NCBI GenBank assembly: GCA_050124975.1
Contig: JASFEF010000001.1
Location: 26,122 to 90,121, forward strand
Length of the DNA stretch: 64,000 nt
Origin: Candidatus Thorarchaeota archaeon
GTDB lineage: Archaea; Asgardarchaeota; Thorarchaeia; Thorarchaeales; Thorarchaeaceae
Reading direction: 5' to 3'
In this document: piece by piece, positions 35,490 to 44,715 of the stretch
Layout of the letters: each line of letters begins with the position of its first letter
Numbering within the stretch: position 1 is the first letter of the stretch
The notes under the pieces: generated by a model
Databases searched by the model: none
What the model saw: the letters and a program-made list of their open reading frames with translations, nothing else
Told to the model about the DNA's origin: nothing
Made by a program: the position numbers and the translations under genes

Positions 35490-36400
35490 CCAAGAATCAG
35501 TTTCAACACAGCCATACGAAGGATTACTCCGTTGTAGACCTGGTCGAAGTATTTAGCGTGTGGCGTTTCATCGATGTCAGAGTCAAGTTCATCAACTCTG
35601 GGAAGTGGATGTAGAATGATTGCATCTTCCTTCATCATACTCAAATCATCAGCACTGATTCGGAATCTGTCTTTCACCTTATCGTACTCCCGAACATCAG
35701 GAAACCGCTCCTTCTGGATGCGTGTAGAGTATATCACATCCACATCCTTCACAGCCTCTTCCACACTCTCAACCTCTATAACATCCGCTCCAGACTTCTT
35801 CATCTGTTCTATTATTGCTGGCTTCATTCTGAGTGCCTGAGGCGCTGCAAGCTTAATCTTGACATCATAATGGCTTAGTCCCATACCCAAAGAGTGGACT
35901 GTACGTCCATACTTTAGATCCCCACACAGTGAGATTGAGAGACCATCTATCTTCCCCTTTATCTTTTGGATAGAATAGAGATCAAGCAACGCCTGAGTCG
36001 GATGTTCCTCTGACCCACTTCCAGCATTGACTACAGGGATACTGGAGAATTCTGCAGCCACCCGTGCAGAACCGTCTAATGGATGACGCATGACAATGAT
36101 GTCTGCATATCTCTCCACAGTTCTAATTGTGTCTGCAAGAGTCTCACCCTTTCCTCCAGCACTTGAAACTCCTGCCTCTGCGAAACCAAGGACACTTCCG
36201 CCTAACCTGAGCATTGCACTCTCAAAAGACAACCGTGTTCGAGTAGATGGTTCAAAGAACAGGACAGCCATGATTTTGGAATCTAAAGCCTTACTCCTCT
36301 TCATAGCAACAGACTCCATTTTTGCTGCGGTTTCAAGGATATGGTCAATCATCTTCCGGTCTAAATCATGAATACTAATTAGATTCTGAAGTTCACCCAT
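35486..36400 (-). CDS. pyrB: Aspartate carbamoyltransferase catalytic subunit
   Basis: Motifs STRTR, HPTQ and HPLPR. The ORF opens at 36433; ATG 36400 (MGELQNLISIHDL) is the likely start. No pyrI is adjacent. Confidence 0.9.
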   Translation of the reverse strand: MGELQNLISIHDLDRKMIDHILETAAKMESVAMKRSKALDSKIMAVLFFEPSTRTRLSFESAMLRLGGSVLGFAEAGVSSAGGKGETLADTIRTVERYADIIVMRHPLDGSARVAAEFSSIPVVNAGSGSEEHPTQALLDLYSIQKIKGKIDGLSISLCGDLKYGRTVHSLGMGLSHYDVKIKLAAPQALRMKPAIIEQMKKSGADVIEVESVEEAVKDVDVIYSTRIQKERFPDVREYDKVKDRFRISADDLSMMKEDAIILHPLPRVDELDSDIDETPHAKYFDQVYNGVILRMAVLKLILG

Positions 36401-36476
36401 TAGAGGACACACACTCAGGCTGGAACGAAGCAATGATGTTCTTTAACCTTTCCAGACGGATGTTCATTCATCTGAG

Positions 36477-36962
36477 TTAATTCGAGTTTCTACCATACTT
36501 CCTGGGTATCTGAACACGACGAAGATTGAGATTTGCCTCTTTGACCAGCTGCGCAGCTAATTCGTCCTCATACTCCTCGATATAGATGATCTCATGGATT
36601 CCTGCGTTGATGAGCATCTTGGTACAGATGCTGCAGGGTCGGGTTGTGCAGAAGATTTTGGCGCCATTTACGCTAACTCCGTGGAATGCTGCTTGGATAA
36701 TTGCGTTCTGTTCAGCATGTAAACCTCTACACAATTCATGTCGTTCTCCAGGCCTTACTCCAAGTTCTTCTCTGATGCATCCTACATCTTCACAGTGTGG
36801 TAACTTCTTAGGCGCACCATTGTATCCCGTGCTTAAAATCTGCGAGTCCTTTACAATCACAGCACCTACTTGATTTCTCAAGCAGGTACTTCGTGAAGAA
36901 ACTAAGTCTGCAATCTCTGCAAAATAGACATCCTTGCTTTTTCTGGTCAAGTTACTTTTCAT
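36477..36962 (-). CDS. dCMP/cytidine deaminase-family zinc enzyme
   Basis: 161 aa with HAEQNAI and PCSICTKM zinc motifs. Confidence 0.85.
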   Translation of the reverse strand: MKSNLTRKSKDVYFAEIADLVSSRSTCLRNQVGAVIVKDSQILSTGYNGAPKKLPHCEDVGCIREELGVRPGERHELCRGLHAEQNAIIQAAFHGVSVNGAKIFCTTRPCSICTKMLINAGIHEIIYIEEYEDELAAQLVKEANLNLRRVQIPRKYGRNSN

Positions 36963-37109
36963 CCTCTTGTTTCGCTATCAGGTGGCTAGCTCTCTCACTT
37001 ATCAAGTTCATCCTTCTGTGTCATAGTCACAAGCATATAACCTCAGATGCGAAAGGTAAAAAGAACATCAAAACTGGAATGAATGTACAGAACCCGGAAG
37101 AAATGAAAA

Positions 37110-37466
37110 ATGAGAAAACGTGATGGAATGCTTGTTGTCTGGCCTGCATACTTCGAAAAAGACCTCTCAAGAGCACAGGGTCGCAGAATACCCAGCAACT
37201 TGGCTGCAACAAATGTGACTCTGAAGATTCTACAAATGGCAGCTGAATCATCAGGATTTGAGTTTGAGAGTGAACCAGACAAACAGTATCCTCGAGGCTT
37301 TTCTAATAAGAATGGCTACTTAGTCATAGCAAACCCTGAGAATCATAAGAAAAAGAGAGTGTTGCTCATGCTTGCCAAGGGTGTCCGAAGAGCAGTAGCT
37401 CAACGAGAGTCAGCACGGTTAGCCGCTGAGAAGAAGAAAGGCAAGAAAAAGAAACGTCGAAAGTAA
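37110..37466 (+). CDS. srp19: Signal recognition particle protein SRP19
   Basis: 118 aa with VWPAYFEKDLSRAQGRRIP and a basic C-terminal tail. Confidence 0.85.
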   Translation: MRKRDGMLVVWPAYFEKDLSRAQGRRIPSNLAATNVTLKILQMAAESSGFEFESEPDKQYPRGFSNKNGYLVIANPENHKKKRVLLMLAKGVRRAVAQRESARLAAEKKKGKKKKRRK

Positions 37467-37488
37467 CTGTCTACAAGAGTGTGGTAAA

Positions 37489-37725
37489 TTGAGACGGTTA
37501 GGTAAGGTTCTGCATATCTCCAAACGTGGGTCGATTATCCTGCGTACTGATAAAACTCCTCCAGTTGGATCTCGGTCTATTGTCTTAGATAAGAAGGCAC
37601 AAGAAGTAGGCAAAATCATAGATGTCTTTGGACCAGTGAAGGAACCATATGTCGCGATACGACCAAAACGTGACTTCGACCCATCAAAACTTGTTGGACA
37701 GATGCTCTATCTTAAGAAAAAGTGA
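37489..37725 (+). CDS. gar1: H/ACA RNP protein Gar1
   Basis: 78 aa; the LGKVLHISKRGSIILR...VGKIIDVFGPVKEPYVAIRP pattern is typical of Gar1. Confidence 0.85.
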   Translation: MRRLGKVLHISKRGSIILRTDKTPPVGSRSIVLDKKAQEVGKIIDVFGPVKEPYVAIRPKRDFDPSKLVGQMLYLKKK

Positions 37726-37744
37726 TGTACACTATTGTACATCA
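37723..37744 (+). terminator. Perfect 9-bp hairpin overlapping the gar1 stop
   Basis: The hairpin is tgatgtaca-ctat-tgtacatca. No strong T-tract follows. Confidence 0.3.
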
Positions 37745-37833
37745 TTGTCAGAAACAATACGACGTCTGCCGATAATGTCTAGCCCCTTCCGATAGTTAAA
37801 TATCATTCCGCGTAAGATGTTTGACGTTGCCAC

Positions 37834-38214
37834 GTGTCTATCAAGGTCATTTCAATGAACGATGAAGCCGACCAGATCCTGAAGACTCTGCGTGACGCAG
37901 GCGAGAATGGTCTTCTCATCGGGGAACTTGCAGATAGGCTGGGTATCGACTCTCAAGAGATAACAAAAACAATCACCACATTGATGTCTGAGGGACGTAT
38001 AATGCAGAAACAAGAACTTGAAAATGAAAGATACATGATCAAAACTCCAGTCGTTGACGATACTGAGCCCGGTGGTCTATCCGATATGAACGGTTGCCCG
38101 TGTTTCCATTGCTTGAAGATCGGCAGATGCGGAATCAGACAGCCCGACTCTCCAGTCACATGTAGAGAGCTTGAGGAATGGTTAGGCGCAGATTTAGGCA
38201 AAGCTACTAGCTAA
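37834..38214 (+). CDS. Winged-helix protein with a C-terminal Cys cluster, TFE-beta/RPC34-like
   Basis: 126 aa. An N-terminal wHTH is followed by GCPCFHC..GRC......P.TC..LEEWL, which resembles the RPC34/TFE-beta Fe-S domain. Confidence 0.5.
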   Translation: MSIKVISMNDEADQILKTLRDAGENGLLIGELADRLGIDSQEITKTITTLMSEGRIMQKQELENERYMIKTPVVDDTEPGGLSDMNGCPCFHCLKIGRCGIRQPDSPVTCRELEEWLGADLGKATS

Positions 38215-38837
38215 GAGTCATCGTTTGGGCGTCTTCCACGAGGCCCTATAGCAAGAAGATACATTTCAGCGCTGGTTTTTCGCGACGCATCAGGTTTGAT
38301 TAGTTTCACTGAGTTGAATCTCTTCCTAACAGATTGCAGGAACTCCTCAAATCCTGGACCTTGGAAGACTTTGGCCAGGACCTTTCCTCTATTCCCAAGC
38401 AACCTGTGTCCAATATTGATTGTCCCCTCAACGAGGGACAATTGCCTTACTACATCCAAGTCCCACTGTCCAGTGACCTTGGGGGAACAGTCCGAAAGAA
38501 CCAAGTCTACAGTGCCTCCTGTGAGAGCCTCGATTCTCTCTATGATCTTCTCATCAAGGATATCCCCTTGGATGAACTTGACTCCTTCAAGTGGAGGCAT
38601 GGGGTTCAGGTCGACTGCAACAATCTGAAGACTGCTATCAAGCTCTTTTAGGACTTGAGTCCATCCACCGGGACTGCAACACAGCTCAACAACACGATCG
38701 ACTCCAAGAAGGAGCTTCTGATTCTTTGCGATTTGCCTCAGTTTGTATGCAGACCTACTTCGGTACCCATGTTTCTTAGCTGCTTGGTAATAGTGCTCCT
38801 TCTTGCGTTGTTTCTCTCCTCCTCTTGGTCTTCCCAT
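38211..38837 (-). CDS. rrmJ: 23S rRNA 2'-O-methyltransferase RrmJ/FtsJ
   Basis: 208 aa with RSRSAYKL and an SAM-binding motif (VELCCSPGGW). Confidence 0.85.
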   Translation of the reverse strand: MGRPRGGEKQRKKEHYYQAAKKHGYRSRSAYKLRQIAKNQKLLLGVDRVVELCCSPGGWTQVLKELDSSLQIVAVDLNPMPPLEGVKFIQGDILDEKIIERIEALTGGTVDLVLSDCSPKVTGQWDLDVVRQLSLVEGTINIGHRLLGNRGKVLAKVFQGPGFEEFLQSVRKRFNSVKLIKPDASRKTSAEMYLLAIGPRGRRPNDDS

Positions 38838-38844
38838 TGCACTA

Positions 38845-40062
38845 TCACCTCATATCGAAACCAGACAATATCCGGGTCACTTCTTCGACTGTTGCATTTG
38901 TTCTTATAGCAGTGGGTCTGAAATGAGTTCTCGAGGCCTCAAATCCCTGTTCTCTCAGTCTTCCAATAATGATTTTGTTTTTGGTTGGTGCCAGATTGTG
39001 GAGGTCGAACAGAGCATGTAGGTCGATGTAGGGGGTACTGGTTAAACTGGACTCTTCAGCCATCTTCTCAAGCATCTCCGGTGCCTTGCGATGGTAATTT
39101 TTGTGCCCCTCATTTTCTAATGTCTTGATAGCATCTTTGAGAAACTTGTCCTTATACAACTCCCCGATCCATAGTGGTCCAGCTATGCGTATAGGTCCAG
39201 CACATCCTTCCATTTTATGGTCGAACTTCGTATCTTTGCCCTTGGGTGAGAGTGGCATAATCTCTGAATGCATACAACCCTCACAATATCGGATGACACC
39301 TAAGTCGTCCGCCTGACGGTTTGACTCTGTTCGATTAGTTTCAATTCGGACCCAGGTCCTGATGTAGTGGTCTGTACTCAGGACTGCGAGAGGTTCCATC
39401 GAACAGTCATTTGAACCAGCAATACTGTAGATGAAGCCGTTGAGGAGACGAACTGCAATCTCATGTGTGAACGGAGCTCTAGCTGAGAAACCTCCATATC
39501 TGCGCAAGGACACTTTCGGGTAGACTCCGCAGAGAACAGGCATGTCTGTTGCAGTCACAGCTAAGAAACCTCCTTTCGGACTGATTGACTGTATTGCTGC
39601 AGACAAATATGGGGCTGGAGTTCCGAATGGATCAATATCTACGAAATCAAACCTTCTCTCTCTGGACTCTGTCATTAGTAATACTTTGGCATCGCCATGG
39701 ATAACTTCTGCTCGGTCATCAAATCCAAGGTTCCTGACATTCCGTTTCGCGGTTTCCACGGCCAGGGGATTAGCGTCGCACATCTTTGCGTGGAAGTCGC
39801 CTTGACATTCATTGAGATATCTCAGGGTTCTCACACCTGATCCTGTCAAGGGCTCACACATCATCTCTACTGAGTCATTCTTCATGTAAGCCTTCAGAAA
39901 GAGGACAGAGAGGTCTCTGTTTAATTGCATCCTCGGGTTATAGAACACAGGCAGACTGGTGGTCGGCTGCTTCTTATCCTCACTATAATGGTCCACGTCT
40001 GCACTCAGGAAAGTTGTCCTGCCTTCGGTATACTCCTTCTCGACAGTCATTGACTCATGCAA
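38845..40062 (-). CDS. trm1: tRNA (guanine26-N2)-dimethyltransferase Trm1
   Basis: 405 aa with VFYNPRMQLNRD and a C-terminal Cys cluster. Confidence 0.9.
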   Translation of the reverse strand: MHESMTVEKEYTEGRTTFLSADVDHYSEDKKQPTTSLPVFYNPRMQLNRDLSVLFLKAYMKNDSVEMMCEPLTGSGVRTLRYLNECQGDFHAKMCDANPLAVETAKRNVRNLGFDDRAEVIHGDAKVLLMTESRERRFDFVDIDPFGTPAPYLSAAIQSISPKGGFLAVTATDMPVLCGVYPKVSLRRYGGFSARAPFTHEIAVRLLNGFIYSIAGSNDCSMEPLAVLSTDHYIRTWVRIETNRTESNRQADDLGVIRYCEGCMHSEIMPLSPKGKDTKFDHKMEGCAGPIRIAGPLWIGELYKDKFLKDAIKTLENEGHKNYHRKAPEMLEKMAEESSLTSTPYIDLHALFDLHNLAPTKNKIIIGRLREQGFEASRTHFRPTAIRTNATVEEVTRILSGFDMR

Positions 40063-40170
40063 AAAACCTCGGAATCGCTAATAAGCAGATAGGCACCGAC
40101 AGAATAAATATCGTACATTCCGGAACTGCTAAGAAGGACCGGAGAATAGAAGAACAGAGGCGATTGAATT

Positions 40171-40647
40171 TTGCCAACAAGAATCAAGATACAGACAAAC
40201 AAGGGCGACATCGTTGGAGAGTTCTGGAACGATGAAGCAATCAACACTGTCAAGAATTTTGTCACACTCGCACAGAGTGGCTACTACGATGGTCTGACTT
40301 TTCACAGAGTTCTACCTGAGTTTGTCATTCAAGGAGGCTGCCCTCACGGGACAGGTATGGGTGGTCCAGGATATAGAATTCCTTGTGAAACAAATGGTCC
40401 AAAACAGGTTCACGAACCTGGCTCTTTTTCAATGGCGCACGCAGGAAAAGATACCGGCGGCTCTCAGTTTTTCATAGTATTGACCAGAGAAAAGACCAAG
40501 CATCTAGATGGTGGACATACTGTCTTTGGTAAGACTGTTGAAGGAATGGATGTCGTGCAGAGCATTCGTCAGGGTGACAAGATGATCAAGGTTGAAGTCC
40601 TTGAGGTAGACCCTGTCATAGAAGCTCATACACTTCAGAAGATGTAG
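40171..40647 (+). CDS. Cyclophilin-type peptidyl-prolyl isomerase
   Basis: 158 aa with [12 protein letters not shown] and GSQFFI. TTG start. Confidence 0.9.
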   Translation: MPTRIKIQTNKGDIVGEFWNDEAINTVKNFVTLAQSGYYDGLTFHRVLPEFVIQGGCPHGTGMGGPGYRIPCETNGPKQVHEPGSFSMAHAGKDTGGSQFFIVLTREKTKHLDGGHTVFGKTVEGMDVVQSIRQGDKMIKVEVLEVDPVIEAHTLQKM

Positions 40648-40705
40648 AAAACAGGACACAAGTAGAATGAACAGGCAGCTCAGCTACCTGTTCTTCTAAC
40701 TATCT

Positions 40706-41383
40706 TTATTCTAGAGTATACTCTTCTCCCTCACCAAGGATTACAACTTTGATGTCTGATTGAGACTCTACTTTTTCTTTGAATATCGCTGGATCTGCTC
40801 CTTTCAGGTGCATTGGGATGGCAATCTTGGGTTTGATGATCAATGCTGCCTCTGCAGCCTCCTCAAGGTCCATTGTGTAGGTGTCACCACTCGGAAGTAG
40901 AGCTACATCGACATCCGCATCAGCAATGCCTTCCATTTCAGGAATTAGGTCTGTGTCTCCTGCGTGGTAGATCTTCTTACCCTCTACCTTCAAAATGAAT
41001 CCCACACCGAATCCCTTTGGATGAAATGGATCGCCGTTAGGTCGAAATCGTTTCACATTGTACGCCTCTGTTGCCCAGATTGTTCCGTCACTCGTCGCCA
41101 TTTTCATGAACTGTCCTGGACTCAAATCCCATACGACTCCACCCTTCACCTCTTTCTTCAGATTCGGAGGAGCGATTATTGGACTTCCCAATTTACGGAT
41201 GTCCTTGAGCAATTTCTTGTCAAAATGGTCCTCGTGACCGTGAGTCACAAGAATCATGTCTGCAGGTTCAAAATCATTCTTCTTCAGCCCTGTGTACTTT
41301 GTAGACGGGTCAATGTAGATGTTCTGATTTGCAGTCCTGATTTGGAAACTTGCATGTGCTAAACATCGAATTGTTATTCCCAT
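40706..41383 (-). CDS. MBL-fold metal-dependent hydrolase (UPF0173-like)
   Basis: 225 aa with the HGHEDH motif. Confidence 0.75.
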   Translation of the reverse strand: MGITIRCLAHASFQIRTANQNIYIDPSTKYTGLKKNDFEPADMILVTHGHEDHFDKKLLKDIRKLGSPIIAPPNLKKEVKGGVVWDLSPGQFMKMATSDGTIWATEAYNVKRFRPNGDPFHPKGFGVGFILKVEGKKIYHAGDTDLIPEMEGIADADVDVALLPSGDTYTMDLEEAAEAALIIKPKIAIPMHLKGADPAIFKEKVESQSDIKVVILGEGEEYTLE

Positions 41384-41487
41384 ATCTTCACCAAAACTCA
41401 GAACACTCCCCCTCGTATATGTGTTTCATATGATGGCACAGTTTATCGGGAGGACGTGTACCAGTACAGACTGGGGATTTCCTGATT

Positions 41488-42384
41488 ATGTCTCTGAGAT
41501 TTGGAATCACAGCTCTGGAATTCCGAGACGTTGCTGGAAGAGTAATTGTCGATGGCGTTCCAGACTTCACACGTCTTGATGTAGCAGATGTTGTGCGAGA
41601 TGCCATGTCAGACAAGTACTCGGTCATAGAGATTACGATGGATACAAAACACATAGTCCCAGGTTCAATCAAACCAGAATCAATCGACAAACTGGTGAAG
41701 ATCAAGGAAGAGTTAGGTCACTCATACACCGCACATCTCCCATTCTGGTCAATCGAACTGGCCACCTTCAACGAGCAAGTTAGAATGGGTAGTGTTGACA
41801 GCATCATTGAGGCAATCGAACTTGCCAAACCTCTCGAGCCAGAGGCATATGTTTTACACGCCTCGGGTGATCTTGCAGCTGGATTTTCGAGAATGAAGTA
41901 TAATCCCCGTCTAATGCAACTGGTTTGTACATTTCTAGCTGGATTTACAGCGGCAAGTGTTGAAGACATTGTTAGTAGAACGGAGATTAACCCGCGTGAA
42001 CTTGCCATCGAGAATGTGGACTTCCCCTTCACCATCCTGCGAGAAGTAGTGGATGATTTAGACGCCGGTATTTGTTTTGATACTGCACACCTATTGGCTG
42101 AGATGTCAGGTACAGAATCAGTTATGGAGTTCTATGAAACACACAAGGATAGAATCATTGAGATTCATCTGCAAGATGCTGCTAAGGATGATGACGAAAC
42201 AGCTGTTCAAGAGGATCATGTCGCCCTTGGTCGAGGAAAAATGGGTGATGAAGTGCTACGTGACTTCTTCCTGGAACTAATCAAGGACAAGTTTGATGGT
42301 CCAATTATCTTTGAGCTGACCATGGATGAGGCGAGGGAGTCACTAGGTCATATCAAGAAGGTTGTACCTGAGGCTCTAGACTAG
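41488..42384 (+). CDS. Xylose-isomerase-like TIM-barrel (sugar phosphate isomerase/epimerase family) protein
   Basis: 298 aa with the general family pattern, including IEIHLQD. Confidence 0.6.
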   Translation: MSLRFGITALEFRDVAGRVIVDGVPDFTRLDVADVVRDAMSDKYSVIEITMDTKHIVPGSIKPESIDKLVKIKEELGHSYTAHLPFWSIELATFNEQVRMGSVDSIIEAIELAKPLEPEAYVLHASGDLAAGFSRMKYNPRLMQLVCTFLAGFTAASVEDIVSRTEINPRELAIENVDFPFTILREVVDDLDAGICFDTAHLLAEMSGTESVMEFYETHKDRIIEIHLQDAAKDDDETAVQEDHVALGRGKMGDEVLRDFFLELIKDKFDGPIIFELTMDEARESLGHIKKVVPEALD

Positions 42385-42535
42385 TCAGTTTTGAGTAGGC
42401 ATAATTCCTGAATAAATCCCCAGTACCCAAAGGCAATCAGTGCTCAGAGCTCAAGGATGAACCGACTCTTAAGATAATCCAGCACTCCGCAGTCATAACG
42501 TTTTTATCCAGACCGCGAGTGCAAACTAAAGCGCA

Positions 42536-42642
42536 GGGCCCGTGGCATAGCCTGGTTATTGCGCCGCTCTGATAAGGCGGATGTCGCGAGTTCAAAAGTC
42601 TTGGTGACTTCACCTTGGCTGAAAGTCTCGCCGGGCCCACCA
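42536..42642 (+). tRNA. tRNA-Ile(GAU) with a T-loop intron and encoded CCA
   Basis: Acceptor GGGCCCG/CGGGCCC. Anticodon arm CCGCT-CTGATAA-GGCGG. T-stem GCGAG/CTCGC encloses 36 nt. A TATA-like box (tttttatcc) lies ~30 nt upstream. Confidence 0.8.
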
Positions 42643-42833
42643 TTGCTTTTCGAACTTTACGCTTTCCAAAAAACCAAAAAAAAAAATGGTGCTCCGATTC
42701 ATTTACATCAGGGAACAGGTGGTTGAGGGATATCTCTGAAACGAAACTTTGGACTCATAGAACAAGACCAGATAGAGTTGTACTGGCCACATTACTTCAA
42801 GGGACCAGAGGGTTTCTTCTCATCGTTTTCAAC

Positions 42834-43166
42834 ATGATGCTCTTTATCCAATTTGATAGAATGAGGAGTATACCCGGGGTGGATGTTATGGCTGTACTTC
42901 CACCATCAATCTTCTTTCTTTTAGGATTCATGGACTTGTTCATGGTGAAACGTGTGTGGAGGGGGGATTTGAATGGCTGGAGATACGGAATTACAATGAG
43001 TATATTGATTCTTTTACTAACCACGATTACCTCACTGTATTTAATTCTCTCACCACTCTATACTACATTCCTATTTGCTACCATTGTCTTTTTTTCTTTA
43101 GCTGAGGCTATTGCGTTATCCACTCAAGATGCACGTCGTTTCTATGGACCAAAAGCAATTCTGTAA
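42834..43166 (+). CDS. Small membrane protein (start trimmed to avoid the tRNA overlap)
   Basis: The ORF opens at 42615 inside tRNA-Ile. The hydrophobic part begins at ATG 42834. Confidence 0.35.
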   Translation: MMLFIQFDRMRSIPGVDVMAVLPPSIFFLLGFMDLFMVKRVWRGDLNGWRYGITMSILILLLTTITSLYLILSPLYTTFLFATIVFFSLAEAIALSTQDARRFYGPKAIL

Positions 43167-43229
43167 CCTATCTTCAAAAACTCTAGGACCTTAAATCGAG
43201 GCACAAACACTCTGAATCGGGTTGAAAGA

Positions 43230-43481
43230 ATGAATCTCGTATTGCTACAGTCTCCACTTCAAAACTTCGCACAGATGATTGGAGTCTACCTTGCTGAGAT
43301 CTGGGACTTTCTGATATTCATTGGTCAGATTTCAGGCGTCATTATAGTACTCATTGGAGCCATACTTTGGTTCACTGATGTCAATCCTAAGAGAGGCAAG
43401 GGACTAATCTTCGGAGGAATTGTTCTATCTATAGTCATTGAGTATTTTGTACTGTTCCCGCCAGCGTTTGTGGTAGTGTAA
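43230..43481 (+). CDS. Small two-TM membrane protein
   Basis: 83 aa, hydrophobic. Confidence 0.4.
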   Translation: MNLVLLQSPLQNFAQMIGVYLAEIWDFLIFIGQISGVIIVLIGAILWFTDVNPKRGKGLIFGGIVLSIVIEYFVLFPPAFVVV

Positions 43482-43482
43482 T

Positions 43483-43674
43483 TCACAATTTTCCTAGGGC
43501 AATCCGTATCTCTTCTCTCAAGAGCTCGATACGTTCTGGCGCGTTACACACCCCATATTGCCCATGATAATCACGATACTCATCTGGATCAAGAACGCGG
43601 AGAACTGTATCAATCGCCTGAAGCTGTTCCTTTGTGAATCTTCTCACAAGCGATAATATCACAGTGTCTGTCAT
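43483..43674 (-). CDS. Hypothetical small protein
   Basis: 63 aa. It fills the gap; no recognisable motif. Confidence 0.3.
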   Translation of the reverse strand: MTDTVILSLVRRFTKEQLQAIDTVLRVLDPDEYRDYHGQYGVCNAPERIELLREEIRIALGKL

Positions 43675-43784
43675 GCTATTCCTTCAGACGAGTCCAATTT
43701 AATCTCACCAAAGTTCTAGGTGTTTATTAGACCTGAACGAAACTCACATGTGTTGAGCGCCACGGTCCCTATTTACGACTTTTA

Positions 43785-44714
43785 GTGTCTGTCGTTACCG
43801 CTTCCCGGCGGTGTGGCGCCTTCACTCTTTATAGCGCAGACAATCATGCTTTAATGCTGGATATTTGCAGAAACCGACTGAGGCGACATCCAGTGAGCGA
43901 GAATCAGATACCAGTTGTGAAGAGTATCGATGAGATTGACGACAAGATGGCTCGAGAGCGTCTTGAGGGGCTTGTCAAAGAGCCACATGTGCTTGGAGTG
44001 ATGTTGTGGGGGAGCAGAGCCACGGGATTTGGTGCACCAACCACTGACTGGGATGCCCTGATCTATGTCACTGAGGAGTACTATAACAGTCTCGAAATAA
44101 ACGACACAATCTGGCTCGAGTTTGATGAGTCTGTAGAACCACGAAGACTAGTTATCGATTACTCTCCAATCGCTGATTCTTGGTTCAGGCAACAGATGGA
44201 CTCTCCACTTGATATAGACCATAGTCCGTATCAGGAAGGCGTTGTGATTCACGATCCCACGGGAAAGCTGGAAGAATGGAGGAAGAAGCTGGCTAGATAT
44301 CCAGAAGATGAGCATGTTGATCGTTTGAAGAACAAGTTCGCTCTGGCTGTGGGTTCGTTTGGAGCTGGACGGATTGACAATGAACGTGGGTTCATTCATG
44401 ACTCCAAGTTGAATTTGTATCGTTCAATCGTTGCGTCAGTCAACCTCTGGTTCACTATCAAGAAGGCATGGACTCCTCCGTTGAAATGGTGGACTCCACA
44501 TGCAAAGAAGATGGGAATGACCGATGAAACTTACTCCTTGTTCTGTGACGCTCTGGACAATCCGTCTGTCGAAACTGTAGGAGCTGTCCTGAAACAGCTC
44601 AGAGAGATGATTGTTGCAGAAGGTTATGAGTTCCCAAATGACTTTATTACCGCATTTCTAGAAACTATCCACGTGGATGGTCGGCCTGGGCAAATCCGCC
44701 ACAGCTATATGTGA
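43785..44714 (+). CDS. Pol-beta-superfamily nucleotidyltransferase domain protein with a helical C-terminal domain
   Basis: NTase motif GSRATGFGAPTTDWD. The start is uncertain. Confidence 0.6.
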   Translation: MSVVTASRRCGAFTLYSADNHALMLDICRNRLRRHPVSENQIPVVKSIDEIDDKMARERLEGLVKEPHVLGVMLWGSRATGFGAPTTDWDALIYVTEEYYNSLEINDTIWLEFDESVEPRRLVIDYSPIADSWFRQQMDSPLDIDHSPYQEGVVIHDPTGKLEEWRKKLARYPEDEHVDRLKNKFALAVGSFGAGRIDNERGFIHDSKLNLYRSIVASVNLWFTIKKAWTPPLKWWTPHAKKMGMTDETYSLFCDALDNPSVETVGAVLKQLREMIVAEGYEFPNDFITAFLETIHVDGRPGQIRHSYM

Positions 44715-44715
44715 A

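Noticed and set aside
37027-37110. An SRP (7S) RNA gene near srp19, or the paired RNA elements being SRP RNA
   Set aside because: The flanks of srp19 show no helix-8-type GGAA/AGCA motif or long terminal helix. The paired elements contain CAGGUCU.UAGGAGG, which is only superficially like the SRP CAGGUCCGGAAGGAAGC motif; it lacks the tetraloop and its pairing partner.
42615-42833. N-terminal 73 codons of ORF 42615..43166
   Set aside because: The ORF starts inside tRNA-Ile and runs through an A-rich spacer (42663-42687). Only the hydrophobic part from ATG 42834 is plausible, and that at low confidence.
43483-44714. Small ORF plus nucleotidyltransferase as an MNT/HEPN-type toxin-antitoxin pair
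   Set aside because: The 63-aa ORF is on the opposite strand and shows no HEPN (R.4-6H) motif. The 309-aa NTase carries its own helical C-terminal domain. There is no support for a toxin-antitoxin module.
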